From the NCBI GenBank assembly GCA_043228905.1, contig JBHGNT010000006.1:4898001-4962000 (forward strand): a stretch of 64,000 nt of DNA, in the 5' to 3' direction. Positions within the stretch are counted from its first letter, which is position 1; each line of letters starts with the position of its first letter. The translations under genes were made by a program, and so were the position numbers. Of the stretch, positions 12,285 through 24,800 are shown piece after piece. The notes beneath the pieces were generated by a model. That model had not been told where the DNA came from. It saw nothing but the letters and a program-made list of their open reading frames with translations, and searched no databases. The DNA is from Azolla caroliniana (lineage: Eukaryota > Plantae > Polypodiophyta).

Positions 12285-12489
12285 ATAGTTTTTGAGGAGG
12301 AGAGGTTGGGGGGGGGGGGGGGGGGGAGTTCACATGAAGGAATATGTACATATGTATAAGAAGAGCTCCTCCCCAATGTCTTTTGAGTATGTAACTTGTA
12401 AGTAACATGGAAATCGGCCTTTACACCCGTTTGTGTTTCTCGTGGTCACTACGATAAAACTTGGAATAAGAAAACCAAACTTTCTTACG

Positions 12490-12690
12490 GAGTGATAAGC
12501 AGAACGAACGTTACATGTAGAGACGATGCATCAACTTCGGCTTTGGTGTCGAGAATGGACCATGTCACTTCGTAAAAAGACAGAACTTTCTGTGATAAGA
12601 ATGAACGTTAGATGCCTGCTTAATGCAACCTACCTAGAGACGATACATCAAATTTGGCTTAAGTGTCGAGGATTGAACCATGTCACTTAT
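12490..12690. repeat. Short imperfect tandem duplication
   Basis: TAGAGACGATGCATCAACTTCGGCTTTGGTGTCGAGAATGGACCATGTCACTT (~12518) recurs in diverged form at ~12635. GTGATAAG...GAACGTTA also occurs twice. Confidence 0.7.
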
Positions 12691-12849
12691 ACACATCAGC
12701 GAGTGGATCGGGATTATCTCATTTTCTTTGCATTCCGTGGTGACATCCACATTCCTGTTGGCATGGAGGACCTTCAACTATTCCTCGTCATCCTCTGCAA
12801 ACCTCCATGGACGATGCCTTGGCGCGTTAGCTTGTACTTAGACATCCAA

Positions 12850-14750
12850 AGTTAGCAAGAGATGGGAAAGTATCCGTCTTCAGGTTCACTTGGCTCGTTC
12901 ATGCTTGGCAAACAACTTTCTTGGCACATTGATCGTCATTGAGGAATATTTGAATTAGCCACCCAAGCTCAACAATGAAGATGTGTACCCCAACTTTGGG
13001 CATACCAAGGAACTACATAACAATACATGTATATGAATATGCTCTTTGAAGAAGCATACACAAAGGGCCCTCCAACTCATAATCACCTCGTATGAGAACT
13101 TCCAACATGCACAACTTGATGGATCACCATGATGATGACGATGAGTGACAACGGCCTCATCCACCACCTTGCCCCACCCCTCGTCACACTCAAGCTAATC
13201 ATAACCCACGCCCACACATCACCTTTGCGAGCATAAACGCACGCTGTAACGACACTAGGTTGGATACCTTAATGCCAGTTGGACACCTCCAATTGATTTA
13301 GACCACCACTGTAGTACATAATTGTCGTTTCCCTTGTAAATTTCAACTTCTATAACATAGATCTCCTTTAAAGTAAATTGCATGCTTTCTATCCGTCACG
13401 GATAGATCATATGCACAAGAGACTATGGACACACTATCGTTTCGATCACAATTGAACAACGTGTCGATCTCCTCTTGTTCCCCACCTCGTATACCAATAA
13501 GATATGAATATGGTCTATAGTCATTACCTTGGAGTCCAAGCTTTGGTTTTGCGATTTGTCAAATTCATTTACCAAATCCCTAAGTGCCCAATCACCTTGG
13601 TGTCACTACATTTGTGCTAATTCACACATTGGTCATTGAATTAGATACTAGTTTGCAAGCTAACCATTGACCATTCACATAAATCATATTTTCTTCACTC
13701 CTCCACAACATTTGCCTTGGCTCAAATTTCTCATTGGTAAAAAGTGTGTCCCACACACTTGCTCAATTGGGTAACTTCCCTCACCAAAATAAACACATTG
13801 GATGAGTTATTTGTAGCCTTTGGGCATTTTTCCATTAATACCAAGGTGAAACTTAAAAATAAAAACACATCGGAGTTGTGACACTTTAGGTCATGAAGAA
13901 CTTTAGCAACAAATGCATTCATATCCTTCACCCTAACATCCGATCCACGATTTGACTCCATGCTACTCTTAATTTTTTACGCTTACACAAGTGGTGACAT
14001 CTCTAGTCGAGGCTTCACGTTTCACCTTGATAAAGACCCCATTGCGTGCCACATGATCGGTCTCTATTTGTGGGTAATCATCGTAGCCTCATCCTACCAA
14101 CAAGACATTCAAATGATTTCTACATGGTTCATCCTACCCCAATCCAAGTACGCAACCCACCCTCCATGTCCACTTGTCACAGCATCCATCAATAGTTTGC
14201 AAGTAACATGTACGAGTTCTTTATGGTCACCACACATGTAAGACATCCAATTGCTTCTTTCAGCATTTGACAAATCCAATGCCCTTTGATGCTTACTCAT
14301 CAATGTGATGATATCCCATCATACACCATTGCACTCACCTCCCTCCATCTCCATCTCCACCTCAACAACCTCCTTCCCTCCTTTCCGTGTAACTCCAACT
14401 CCCCCTCCCATAGGAGATGCCTTCCATTCTCTCCTCACTCTTGATGGCATCCGCCTTTCACCTAACCTCTCCCTTTCATATCTACCTTTTTCTTGCCTTT
14501 GTGGACCAAGGCTCCACGATGGGTGTTCGAAACAATGCACCCAAGAGTGTGCATTCATTAGGTTGGGAGGATGGTAAGAGTTTAGTTTGTGTCTTTGACC
14601 TCCCTCTCTCTATCTTTTTCTTTGTGGTGTGTGTGTGTGTGTCTCTCTCTCCCTCTTTCATAAGTTGTTACACCACAAGTAGCACTTTTGGGGTTCAAGT
14701 CCCAAAATTCTCACCTCCTTATTACTTCATACATATCTCTTACTTAATTC
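12850..14750 (-). mobile_element. Probable highly degenerate LTR-retrotransposon internal remnant
   Basis: Coding-like composition with many broken short ORFs and a possible zinc-knuckle trace (LFNCDR at ~13440-13460). No intact domain is recognisable, and the strand is tentative. Confidence 0.3.
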
Positions 14751-15338
14751 ACTAGATGCCATTGTGGAATTTAGGGGTTGTTCCCATGACCTCTTCTGCT
14801 CTCCATTGGGTGACCTTACCAACTGAGCTACATCCCCATGGGCTCATCATAAGATTAGTGCCAAGTGATTTACTCCGAGTCTTACTCTAGCAATGATGTA
14901 TGTTTTTTGTAGCTTCTTTTAACTAATTGAGTAATGGTTTTCCTTTTTTATTTTCACCTGTCGTTGGCCACGCTTGAAGCTAAGATAACTCTTCTTTGCA
15001 ATTTTTGAGATTGGAGTGATTGAGTCCTATGTTTTTTTAGCTTGCCATCAATTGCTCTAAGTATACCGTGAGATGACGAGCTTGTGGGAGTGACATAATG
15101 TTCTTATGTTCATGGGTGCTCATCACCTACAAATAATGCATGAAAGGGACAAATGTAATAGACTTGCACGTTGAAGAAAATACTATTCTGATAATTGTTG
15201 TCGCGTGATTAGAAGAGATCGACTCAAAGCCGATGATTCCTTGATGTGAACGATAAGCTTTTTTCAAGGTAGGAGTGTCGATGGTTAGGTAGTGGCGACG
15301 ATATTCACTCTTGTGACTTCTCATGCATGTCGTGCACA

Positions 15339-15790
15339 TGTTGGAGAATATTGTCTTTATCCTAGACTAAATCTTAGTCACAAACACATAAGTATTCCGT
15401 ACTGGAATACAACCCAAAGGTGTGGTCAAAGGTATGGCAATAGTCCGCATACTCAATCCATCAATCCGGATAACATATACAAATCAACAACACGCATTCA
15501 TACATGCATAAGATAAAACAATTAAGTACACGAGACGACAAGTACACAAATCTTTCAGTTATATTATATTACTTGCATACAAGAATGATACAATCCGGAC
15601 TCCTTATATAGGTAGCCAATTTTGATACAAAACGGTGTCCATCCGGATCAGTACATCTTTCCGGATCGGACACCCCTTGATGTAATATCTCTTCATATCT
15701 ACTAATATTCCGAATTATCCGGTATACGTATTCACACTCTTTCTAGACTATCTTCCGGATCTACTTCTCTGGACAACATTAGTTTCAACA
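15339..15790 (-). mobile_element. Solo LTR (copia-like, ~452 bp)
   Basis: TG...CA termini with imperfect terminal inverted repeats (TGTTGGAGAATATTGTC / GACAACATTAGTTTCAACA). Minus-strand CTATATAAGG TATA box at ~15602-15611. Repeated TCCGGA motifs. No PBS or PPT adjacent. Confidence 0.65.
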
Positions 15791-17090
15791 ACTTAATTGC
15801 TAGGACAACTTACAATTGTTGGTCTTCAAACGAGTGTTCATATTGTGGTAAAGCCTTACATAAGTTAAGTATCTAATAACCTATTCTAAGTGATTAGGTT
15901 GTAGAAAAAGACAATAGTCAGATTTAATATCAACTTACTCGTTATTAGCTTGAGAGTGACCAAATAACTAATCAATGCAACAACAAATAATGTGTTGGCC
16001 AATATTCGAAACATATTTCAATGACTACCTTGAAGATTTTCCAAGTTGTCATTTCAGATAATTATATTGATCGAGAGCCCAATAAGAAGCCATTTTTATG
16101 ACAAAATATCTACAGGTTCATCCAAAAATTTGAATGTTTTGTCCCATTGACATGAAAACATGCTAGCCAAGTATATTAGTGTCAACCACTTGGTGTATAA
16201 TTAATATAGTAAATACAAAACTAGAGTACTTTAGTATTCGTATGTTAGTTGGAATATCGTGATTCATTGGCTATGATAATATACAAACAATCACTAATTA
16301 CTTGTAAGCATTAGGGCACTACGATTGTCTATTGGAATATCAAATTTATAAAACCATGTAAACACATGCAATGGATTCACATAATTCAATATATACAATA
16401 GATTCTTATACAATACATTGTGTTATTGCAGACAAGCAATCAAGCATTTTGATGATAACAGTGATAATGTTGAAAAGGAAGCCTAAGTTGAAGTTGTGAT
16501 ATCTTGCAAAAGCACTGATCACCAAAGTCAATATACGTATAGCTTCACATGTACTCGATTTCATTATGCCAAACACTTTATAACAAAACTTCAAAGGGAA
16601 GTTCTGAGCCGTGAATATAGTACTTGTTACGAAATGAAGTGTTATAGTGTTTTTCAACATTCGACGACAACTTCACATGGGACTAGGTTTGATATGTCTC
16701 CACGCCTAGGTATACAAATAAACGATGGGCTTTAAGGAGTGGACACATTGAAATTTAAAGAAGGATGCGGATAATGAAGTTATCGGGTGCATTGAAGGAG
16801 ACAAGTTAAGCAAATAGAGAGAGAGGGGTCGAGGAATTCGATATATAGGTAATCGGGTAACGGACTTTCTCTCGTTTTGTGAGGGACCTTAGAAAGTAGA
16901 GGAGAAACATGGATAAGATGAGAAAGAGGGGGGCTCCTAGAAAAGGAACCAATTTGTGGCTTCACCAAAACAGAGCATTTCCACTTCTAAGTGCTACTAC
17001 ATATGTACATACATATCTGGAGAGATTTATCTATATGTATATGTATGTATCTTGGAGGCACTTGGTTCTCCTCCCTACCTAGAAGATAGC

Positions 17091-17098
17091 TAGGGTTT
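17091..17098 (-). promoter_or_regulatory. Telo-box upstream of the SR45a-like gene
   Basis: TAGGGTTT (AAACCCTA on the minus strand) 25 bp before the ATG, typical of plant RNA-processing and translation genes. Confidence 0.55.
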
Positions 17099-17122
17099 TG
17101 GGTGGAGTTGTGTTGCAGAAAC

Positions 17123-20100
17123 ATGGCTCTGGACACACAGAATTTGAGCTCTGCTCTTGTCAGCCAGAGCGAAGGAGAAGAGAAAATGGAAGAGAACCAT
17201 CGCCCATATCACCATCATCAGCACAGCAGTAACAACAAACACACGCCAGAGCTGGATTTGAATCAAGTCGCTGAAGAGGATGTAAAAGGGGACGAAGAAA
17301 CAGTTCAACAGGCATGGCCAAATGAAGCGACCATAGAAGAAAAAGAAGAGGGCAGACAACTAGGAGAAAAGGCAAAAGATGAAACTGATGGTAACAAAAC
17401 TTCCCCTGGATTGCCCACAAATCACAAAGAAGGAAAAACATCAGGAAAGCGATCTAGTAAAGCGTCAGCAACAGAGCTCTCTCCAAGGAACAATGGTTCT
17501 GTTTCTCGTGTTCACCGAAGCAGAAGCCGAAGCTTGAGCAATTCTGGATCACCCAAAAGAAGAAGGTCTTCTCCTGCAAATGGGCGCCAGACATTGTCAA
17601 GGTCTCCTGATAGAAAACATGGTCATGGTCATGGTCATGGTCGGCGCTCAACCTCCCCTGATGGGCGTCATGGCAGCCATTTTCGTGGTGATGAAAGGAG
17701 AAGGCATGATAGGAACAATTCATCCCCTGGAAGATCTCGCATTGGAAGATCTCGTTCAAGAAGCCCCATGGATCGAAGAAGTAGCCCATATCATGATCGG
17801 GATCGATATCATCGGTAAGCTTTATTGTTCTATTTCCTTTTTACTTATGGAATGGCATCTTAATGTTGATTGAATTGGAGAAGAAACCCATACCATGCTC
17901 ACGATATAGGATCTCTGTCAGTAAGCTACTGTTTTTAGCCCATCGAACCAAAGAATGGTTTGAATTCTAGAATAAGTCAATGTTTTTAAGTGTTTATTGA
18001 ATATCCATATCATGATCATAGTTGCTTTTGGTAAACTTGTGCCTTTTAAATTTTTTCTTTTATGGAATGTTTCTACTGTACACTCACTTAAAGATGCCAA
18101 TATAAGGATCTAAATCTCTATTTTTAATCTATCTCTTTGGAAGCTTTTAACCATGGAATGTTTTTAATCTATTATATTGGTGGAAGATGCCTGCACCATA
18201 ATTGGATTGATATTGGTGAGCTATCTTCTTCTAAATTCATTGCTTATAAAATGTTTTTTTGATGCTCATCAAATCAAAGAAAAGTGCATATTTTGCTTGG
18301 AATCACTATCATCGGTAAGGGGTCTTTAATGCTTGTGTCACCAGCTTAATTGATTTGCTAGCTACGTAGAGAATTTCCATTGCTCTGTACTTGGTTTACA
18401 CCCTGCTAGAGGCTATGATAACCAATACCCTAGGTAGTTAAATGCAAGGTGTTTTTGTTATTTTTTAATGACATTATTTCACCAGTGTAAACAGCAGAGG
18501 CCCAATGGTACCTAGACCCTGGAGGAGGGAAGACAGATAGACCCCTAGATCAGCACGTGTTTATCCAGTTAGCACTGGGCTCCAATGTGTGTGACTAGTT
18601 GCGTGCTGTGAATTATAAAGACACGTTTGGTTAAACACCATGTTAAACACTTAAAGTTATAGTGAGTGGGCTATGATAGTTTTGTTGAAAGGTGAAACAT
18701 TACAGCACGAGCAAGATTTTCCTTACTCAAGAACTCAAAATTTAGTTTTGAGGTTAATTGAGTCATTTTAGAGTGCTGAAATCAGCGTTTTCATAGCATA
18801 TCTACCCTCTTTTCTGCTATGCTCAGTGGTGAACATTATTTCACCAGTATAAACAGCAGAGGCCCATGGGTACCTAGACCCTGGAGGAGTGAAGACAGAT
18901 AGACCCCTAGATCAGCACGTGTTTATCCAGTTAGCACTGGGCTCCAATGTGTGTGACTAGTTGCGTGCTGTGAATTATAAAGACACGTTTGGTTAAACAC
19001 TATGTTAAACACTTAAAGTTATAATGAGTGGGCTATGATAGTTTTGTTGAAAGGTGAAACATGACAGCATGAGCAAGATTTTCCTTACTCAAGAACTCAA
19101 AATTTAGTTTTGTGGTTAATCAAGTCATTTTAGAGTGCTGAAATCAGCATTTTCATAGCATATCTACCCACTTTTCTGCTATGCTCAGTGGTGAACATTT
19201 TAGAAACTTTAAATGCATGTTCTTATTGCTAAAATAGACTTTAATGGCTACCTTTATTGTATCTTCTTCTATTACTCATCAATAAAGAAATGCTGAGTGA
19301 GGCATTAATATTTGGGGCCAATAGGATGACAACGTCCTTCCTCAGGCTCTCTAACTTTTTGTATGAAGTTTTATTGAGTCCACAATCTTGAGGATATGTT
19401 TCTCTGTCTACATAAAATTTCTGAGGCTATGGAATTCTAGCTATATTTGTGACACGCTTTGGTGTTTTACTGCTCTCTGGCCAGTGACCAATGATTGGTT
19501 TCATAGAGATCAGGAATGTCTTTCAACTAATCAAGATAATTGCTAGTCTAGGCGTAATCTTAGTCTTATGAAAATCTAATATTATATTGAAAACATGTGC
19601 TTTTTCTTGGGCTAAGATATTTAATTTTATCTAGAAAACACGAGCTTTTGTAGAGTAGGAAAATTGTCTTTCCAATGTATCTTTGCTCGCATAGTTATGT
19701 AGTAATATCAATAAAAGCAAAGTTCACTGAGTGTGGAGTATCCCCTTTTGAAGGCAGAAGATGAATTCACTCAAATCTTGGATTTCTTCTCAGGCTTGTA
19801 TTTCTTCTGATAGATTCAATTGAAAGTGAATTAAGATTAATCAATCACAACTATCCGCTATTTGTACAGTTCTCGATACTCACCAAGGAGGAGGTCTCCT
19901 GCAAGGTACCCATCAAGGAGGGATTACTCACCAAGAAGGCGTCCATGGTCACCACCTCCAAATAGAAACACTGGTGTTGGAAAACCTGGCAATAATTTAT
20001 TTGTTGCAGGCTTCAGCTTTGGAACAAGTGAAAGAGATTTGGAAAAGAAGTTTTCAAGATATGGACATGTTACTGATGTTCGTATCATTCGTGATAGAAG

Positions 20101-20572
20101 GTATGTCGCTCCAAACATCTACCTAAGCATCAGTTCTCTTTGGTTGTTATAGCTATTAGTGAAACAAATAGCAGGGTACAAACGTTTTTAACAGAATTTT
20201 TGCAGCTAGGTTTGGACAACTTGAGCAGTTTCATGTGATGATACTCCCTTGCCTTTCTAGTGATGGAAACATACTACCTTGATTTTTTAGTGACTCAAAC
20301 ATTGGTTGTTTTACTGATTTATGCCAGAGTTATAATCAATTACTGCAACTGCATTTCAAAACTTAATAATGTTGAAAACTCGTTTATAAAGACAATGTAA
20401 CAATTTTAGACAAAGACTGTTTTCTCTTTGAATATGCAGATCTGGTGATTCACGAGGTTTTGGGTTTTTGTCACTGGAAAGTGACGAAGATGCTGATGCA
20501 GCGATTAGGGCACTTGATCAGACAGAATGGAATGGCAGAATAGTGCTTGTGGAGAAGGCAAAGACTTCCTGA
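17123..20572 (+). CDS. SR45a/Tra2-like serine/arginine-rich RRM splicing factor; exons 17123-17814, 19870-20100, 20440-20572
   Basis: N-terminal RS/SP-rich region, then PGNNLFVAGFS (RNP2) and SGDSRGFGFL (RNP1)...EWNGRIVLVEKAK. Exon phases are compatible across GT-AG introns. Confidence 0.9.
18471..19198. repeat. 362-bp near-identical tandem duplication in intron 1 of the SR45a-like gene
   Basis: Units start at 18471 and 18833 (ACATTATTTCACCAGT...) with only scattered substitutions. Confidence 0.95.
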
Positions 20573-20930
20573 TGCAATCAGGGCTCCTCTGGATTTACAG
20601 CATTATAATTACACTAAAGTATCGAGTTACAGTGAAGTTCAATGTTTTTTCTTTGTTTTCTAACATAATGGACTTTTTATATTCATGTTAGCATCCTCCA
20701 ATTATATGAACGGTGGAGGGAGGCCTACAAAAATGCCCCAAAAAACCTTAGGTGTACCCTTGTTTGTGAGCATTCAAAGGGTTATCCCTAAATGGATGCA
20801 AAAGGCAAGTGACTTTAAAGTGTTTTGTGGTGATACCATTGAAGTAAACAATGAAGTTTTTGTGGTGGTTAAAGAGCAGCAGGTTGTCTTTGAAAGCGCC
20901 TCCTGGGTGCCGCTATAGGTTTGTTTATAT

Positions 20931-21807
20931 TTAGATTATGAGGTTAAAATGATAAAATGACTGGTGATTTCCACACTCTTTCAGGAAAGGAAAAAAATGT
21001 ACCTTATCCATGTACCCCCTTTGTTGGTTTTGATGAACTTCTGCCTGGAGCCACAAGAGTCTGGATCCAAGTTCCATTAAATTTGCTTTTATATGCACCC
21101 ATCTGCACCCCGACATTAAGTTCATGTATGCAACGTGGTTTCAAATGTATTCTTAGAACCAGTATTCCATCCATACTCCAACCTCTTATTTGATGCTACT
21201 TCTCGAAGAAGAATCTTAAAAGGTAAGCGATAAGTGCTGTTTCCTAGGTGACATGCTTTTTTGATGTTTTGGTTCAATAAATTTCTTATATTTTTGCTTT
21301 TTGTATACTTTGGAACAGCCTTACAGCTTTTCCTTGGCTCATTTGTCGAAAATCCCAATACCAGACTTATTTTCTATATTGATATGATTACCTAGGTTGT
21401 GAAGTTGTCCCTTATTATGTTAAAACATGTCAGGATGTTGGGCAAGGGGTTTAAATCCTTTAGCCCTTTGCATGGAGGTCATCTTTGAAAGGCACCATGT
21501 GTCTAGTTCTAGGATTCATAGTCCATAAATAATTAGATTATGAGGTTAAATGGCTTTCAATCTTACAGGAAGAATGTACCTTAATGCAATGTACCCCTTT
21601 TCTTGGTTTTGGCGAACTTCTGCTTCGCACCCCAAGAGCGGCTCCATTAAGTTTCATTTGCAAAAGTATGTACCCCCTGCCCTTCATGCACCGTGAGCCA
21701 TTTAAGTTCATGCATGCAGCACGGTTTCATGTATTAGAAGCGATGTTCCATGCACCGATCTTGTTTGATCCCTTCCCGAAGAACCCTGCGAAGGTAAGCA
21801 ATATGTG
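20931..21807 (+). repeat. Two diverged duplicated exon-like units downstream of the SR45a-like stop
   Basis: Both begin TTAGATTATGAGGTTAAA and contain a YAG acceptor (20983-84; 21567-68) and an AAG|GTAAGC donor (after 21222; after 21793). Confidence 0.75.
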
Positions 21808-24800
21808 ATGATTTATATAATCTTTAAATTGCACTGCATGTACTAGGTGCTTGCCAACTCCTCACCTTCATTTCTTGAAAGCGTACATCTGAAAAGGTTC
21901 CTCAAAGAGATTGTGGTGCTTATCTTGGTGGTGCTAGAAATTGGTTTCATGTTTAATGCTATATGTACAAAAAAAACATGTATGTTTCATATTTTGAGGT
22001 TCTCCTTTTCCCTTGTAACAATCCCTTACATAGTTTTTTGTTGCTTATAATTTGGCATTGGTTGGTTCAGTTGTGATTTTGCACATTTGCTATATGCTTA
22101 AGAGTTGAACAAAATTAAGCCATTTGTTCTGTTTATATATTGCTTGAATTTTTAATGTATAAGTTTGGATGCATGGGATTTCATGATTGAATGTGTTTCC
22201 CTCCAAAGTCTTGTTCTTTTGTGATCATTAACTAATTTTATATGAATAAAACCATCCGTGTAATCCTTTTTACCTACTGTACGATGTGATGTCTCTTCAC
22301 CTTTTTGGTGGTTCCATTATTATCTGTTCATTTTTTTGGAGATTTGAAGTGTTTGGAAAATGAAGAACATTTTGTTTGAATGAAGTGTTCAGAAATTGGC
22401 CTTGTGAAGGGAGTGGTAATCTCATGATCATAATGGTCATGGCAATGATAATCGTGGAAATAAAAAAGTTTCTCTATAGCTCTCTTCTGCTTCTTTACTA
22501 TTGATACATTTCTTTGGTATTACTAGTGACAATAGCTGTCAGGATTACTTCAAACACTCCCTTTCAGCATCAGGATTAAATGCCATACAGTATGTGCAAT
22601 TGACATTTGCTCAGTAGTAGCTGATGTTGGTAAACTTGATACTGCCATCATTATCACCTCTTATTTTATGCTAAACGAGCCCAAAGACTAAGTTGTGAAA
22701 CCCAAAAGAAAAACTGACTTTCAATAGTTTCAACCGTGGCCATATGAATTTTGTTACATTTCTTCACCTTGAGAAAGTGAATGGGAATAGGTCCCAGGCT
22801 TAAGTTGAACATTTCTAAAGGTATGGTCTTTGTTGTGTATATGGGATTAGTTAGATTACAGATTTCTCAAGCCGTTTTTTATCCTCGCAATGGGTCCTAC
22901 AAAAGAAAAGTGCTTACTGGATGTTAATTCCTTCCATTTGGTGTGAAAAACTACATTTGCAAATGGTTTGCTTGGTACATATTGGCTTATTTCAGAAAGA
23001 GCAACAAATGAGTAAAATAGGAAAAGGAAGCTTCTGATTTGACTTCTCCATACAATCTAATGACTCAGCCATTGGCAAAACAGATGTTAAAGTTCTGTAT
23101 AGCATTGTTTTGTATATACCACATAGAAATTGAATGCAGAGAGGACTTGGTAAGGTGTATTGTCGTTAGAAACTTGATTACAAACTTAGTTACGTATCAA
23201 CTAGATACAATTATACACAACATAATGAGAATACATATTTCTAATATCTTGCACCATCTAATTTCCTATGCTAACATCACGTATACCTTGTGAATATATG
23301 CTTCAATTTTCAGCCAACATTTGAGCCATTGCATTGTTGTAATAGTCATGGTTTTCATGATACACTTGTCCAATCAATTACCGTCTATCATATATCTACA
23401 AACCTTTATTTCTAACTAGGGGCATTTTAGGTAACACATCTCTACAACCTCAAGAGTGATCCTTTTACTACATTCAATCAATGACTATTCACCCAAGGAG
23501 CAACAACGGAAAATGATTGACTGGTTGCTCCACAAATTTTCTTTATACTTCCCTCACTAACTTTGTTTCAATGTCTTTTGTTAACAAAAGTTTGCTCATG
23601 GAGTTGCTACTGGGCAACAAAACTATATATTACATTGTGTATTTCCCAAGAGGGAGACATGTCAAAATTTGCCTCAATGTTCCATTTGTTGAGAGGCAAC
23701 TCTATCAAGACCAATTGACATATTTATCCAAGAAGATCAAGATGTCATCAATAACTTTGAGCTTATGCACCAATTTTCCAACTTTGAGAGATCTAGAGAT
23801 GCAATCACGGACATGATACAATACATTGTTCCCATGCCATTTGATTACGGTATGGTGTAATTCATTCTTCATTAATAATAATGCATGCAAAACAAATCTC
23901 CAAAATCAACCCACAAATTGGTACAAACCTTCAGATCAAGAATCATCCCACATTTATAAATCTTTGTTTTCTCATCAAAACTACTGCATCAACCCATTTC
24001 CCACTCTTGAGAAACGTTCCGAACACTTCTTACCTTGCAAAAAGTTATTCAAGTAAAGTAGTCAATTGTTGAGCATTCTTGTTCACCTTTCATGGTTAGA
24101 CCTAAACTGAACCAATCATTCAATATCTCGAAGTTTGCCATATATATATATATATATTTAATTGTCCATCTTTGGTTCCAAAAATGGAATTAGCACCTCA
24201 TCATTGCCTTTCCTACCTTGTGCTGATTGAAATGCACTTTGGTCATCTACGTGACCATATAAGCAGACTCAAGAGATACCCCTCACACCGAAATTGGTTA
24301 GAACGAGTGCTTTGTAACAATTTCCAACATTAATTTATCACTGTTATAAGCTGCTATATATAAATATATATTAATATACCATTCACATATATGGTTTAGC
24401 TGCTATATTGAGAATATTCAGAGAATTATGTGATATCATTATTACAAGTACGCAATCTAGTTTGGGCACCATGAAATATCTCTACCCTTGACTTCAACAT
24501 ACAAATAGTTCTAGGAAATAACAGAAAACAACGTGATCAATGAGTAAATGAATAAGCATCTCCCAGCTTTGAGCTTAATTACAAAACAAGAATATCATGT
24601 ATGATACATAGAACACTGTGAATGCCTAAATTGTATTATAATAATTGAAGTTAAGTTCATTATGACTACCTACAATTATATATACACTATCTTGTCTAAA
24701 TTATTACACAATGTGATATGAAAGCATGTTGATTTACAGTACAAATATATTCTATACAGGACAAAGAAGATATGCATATCGATGGTACGATTATATCACC

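Noticed and set aside
11869-12408. N-terminal extension of SMC2 and overlapping low-complexity ORFs
   Set aside because: Non-ATG starts in purine/pyrimidine-biased leader sequence. The conserved SMC2 start is MYIKEI at 11868.
20235-20320. Possible intronic C/D snoRNA (GTGATGA...CTGA)
   Set aside because: No clear terminal stem or recognisable rRNA/snRNA antisense element; such boxes arise by chance.
23000-24300. Possible transposase remnant
   Set aside because: Only vague coding-like fragments; no motif could be assigned with confidence.
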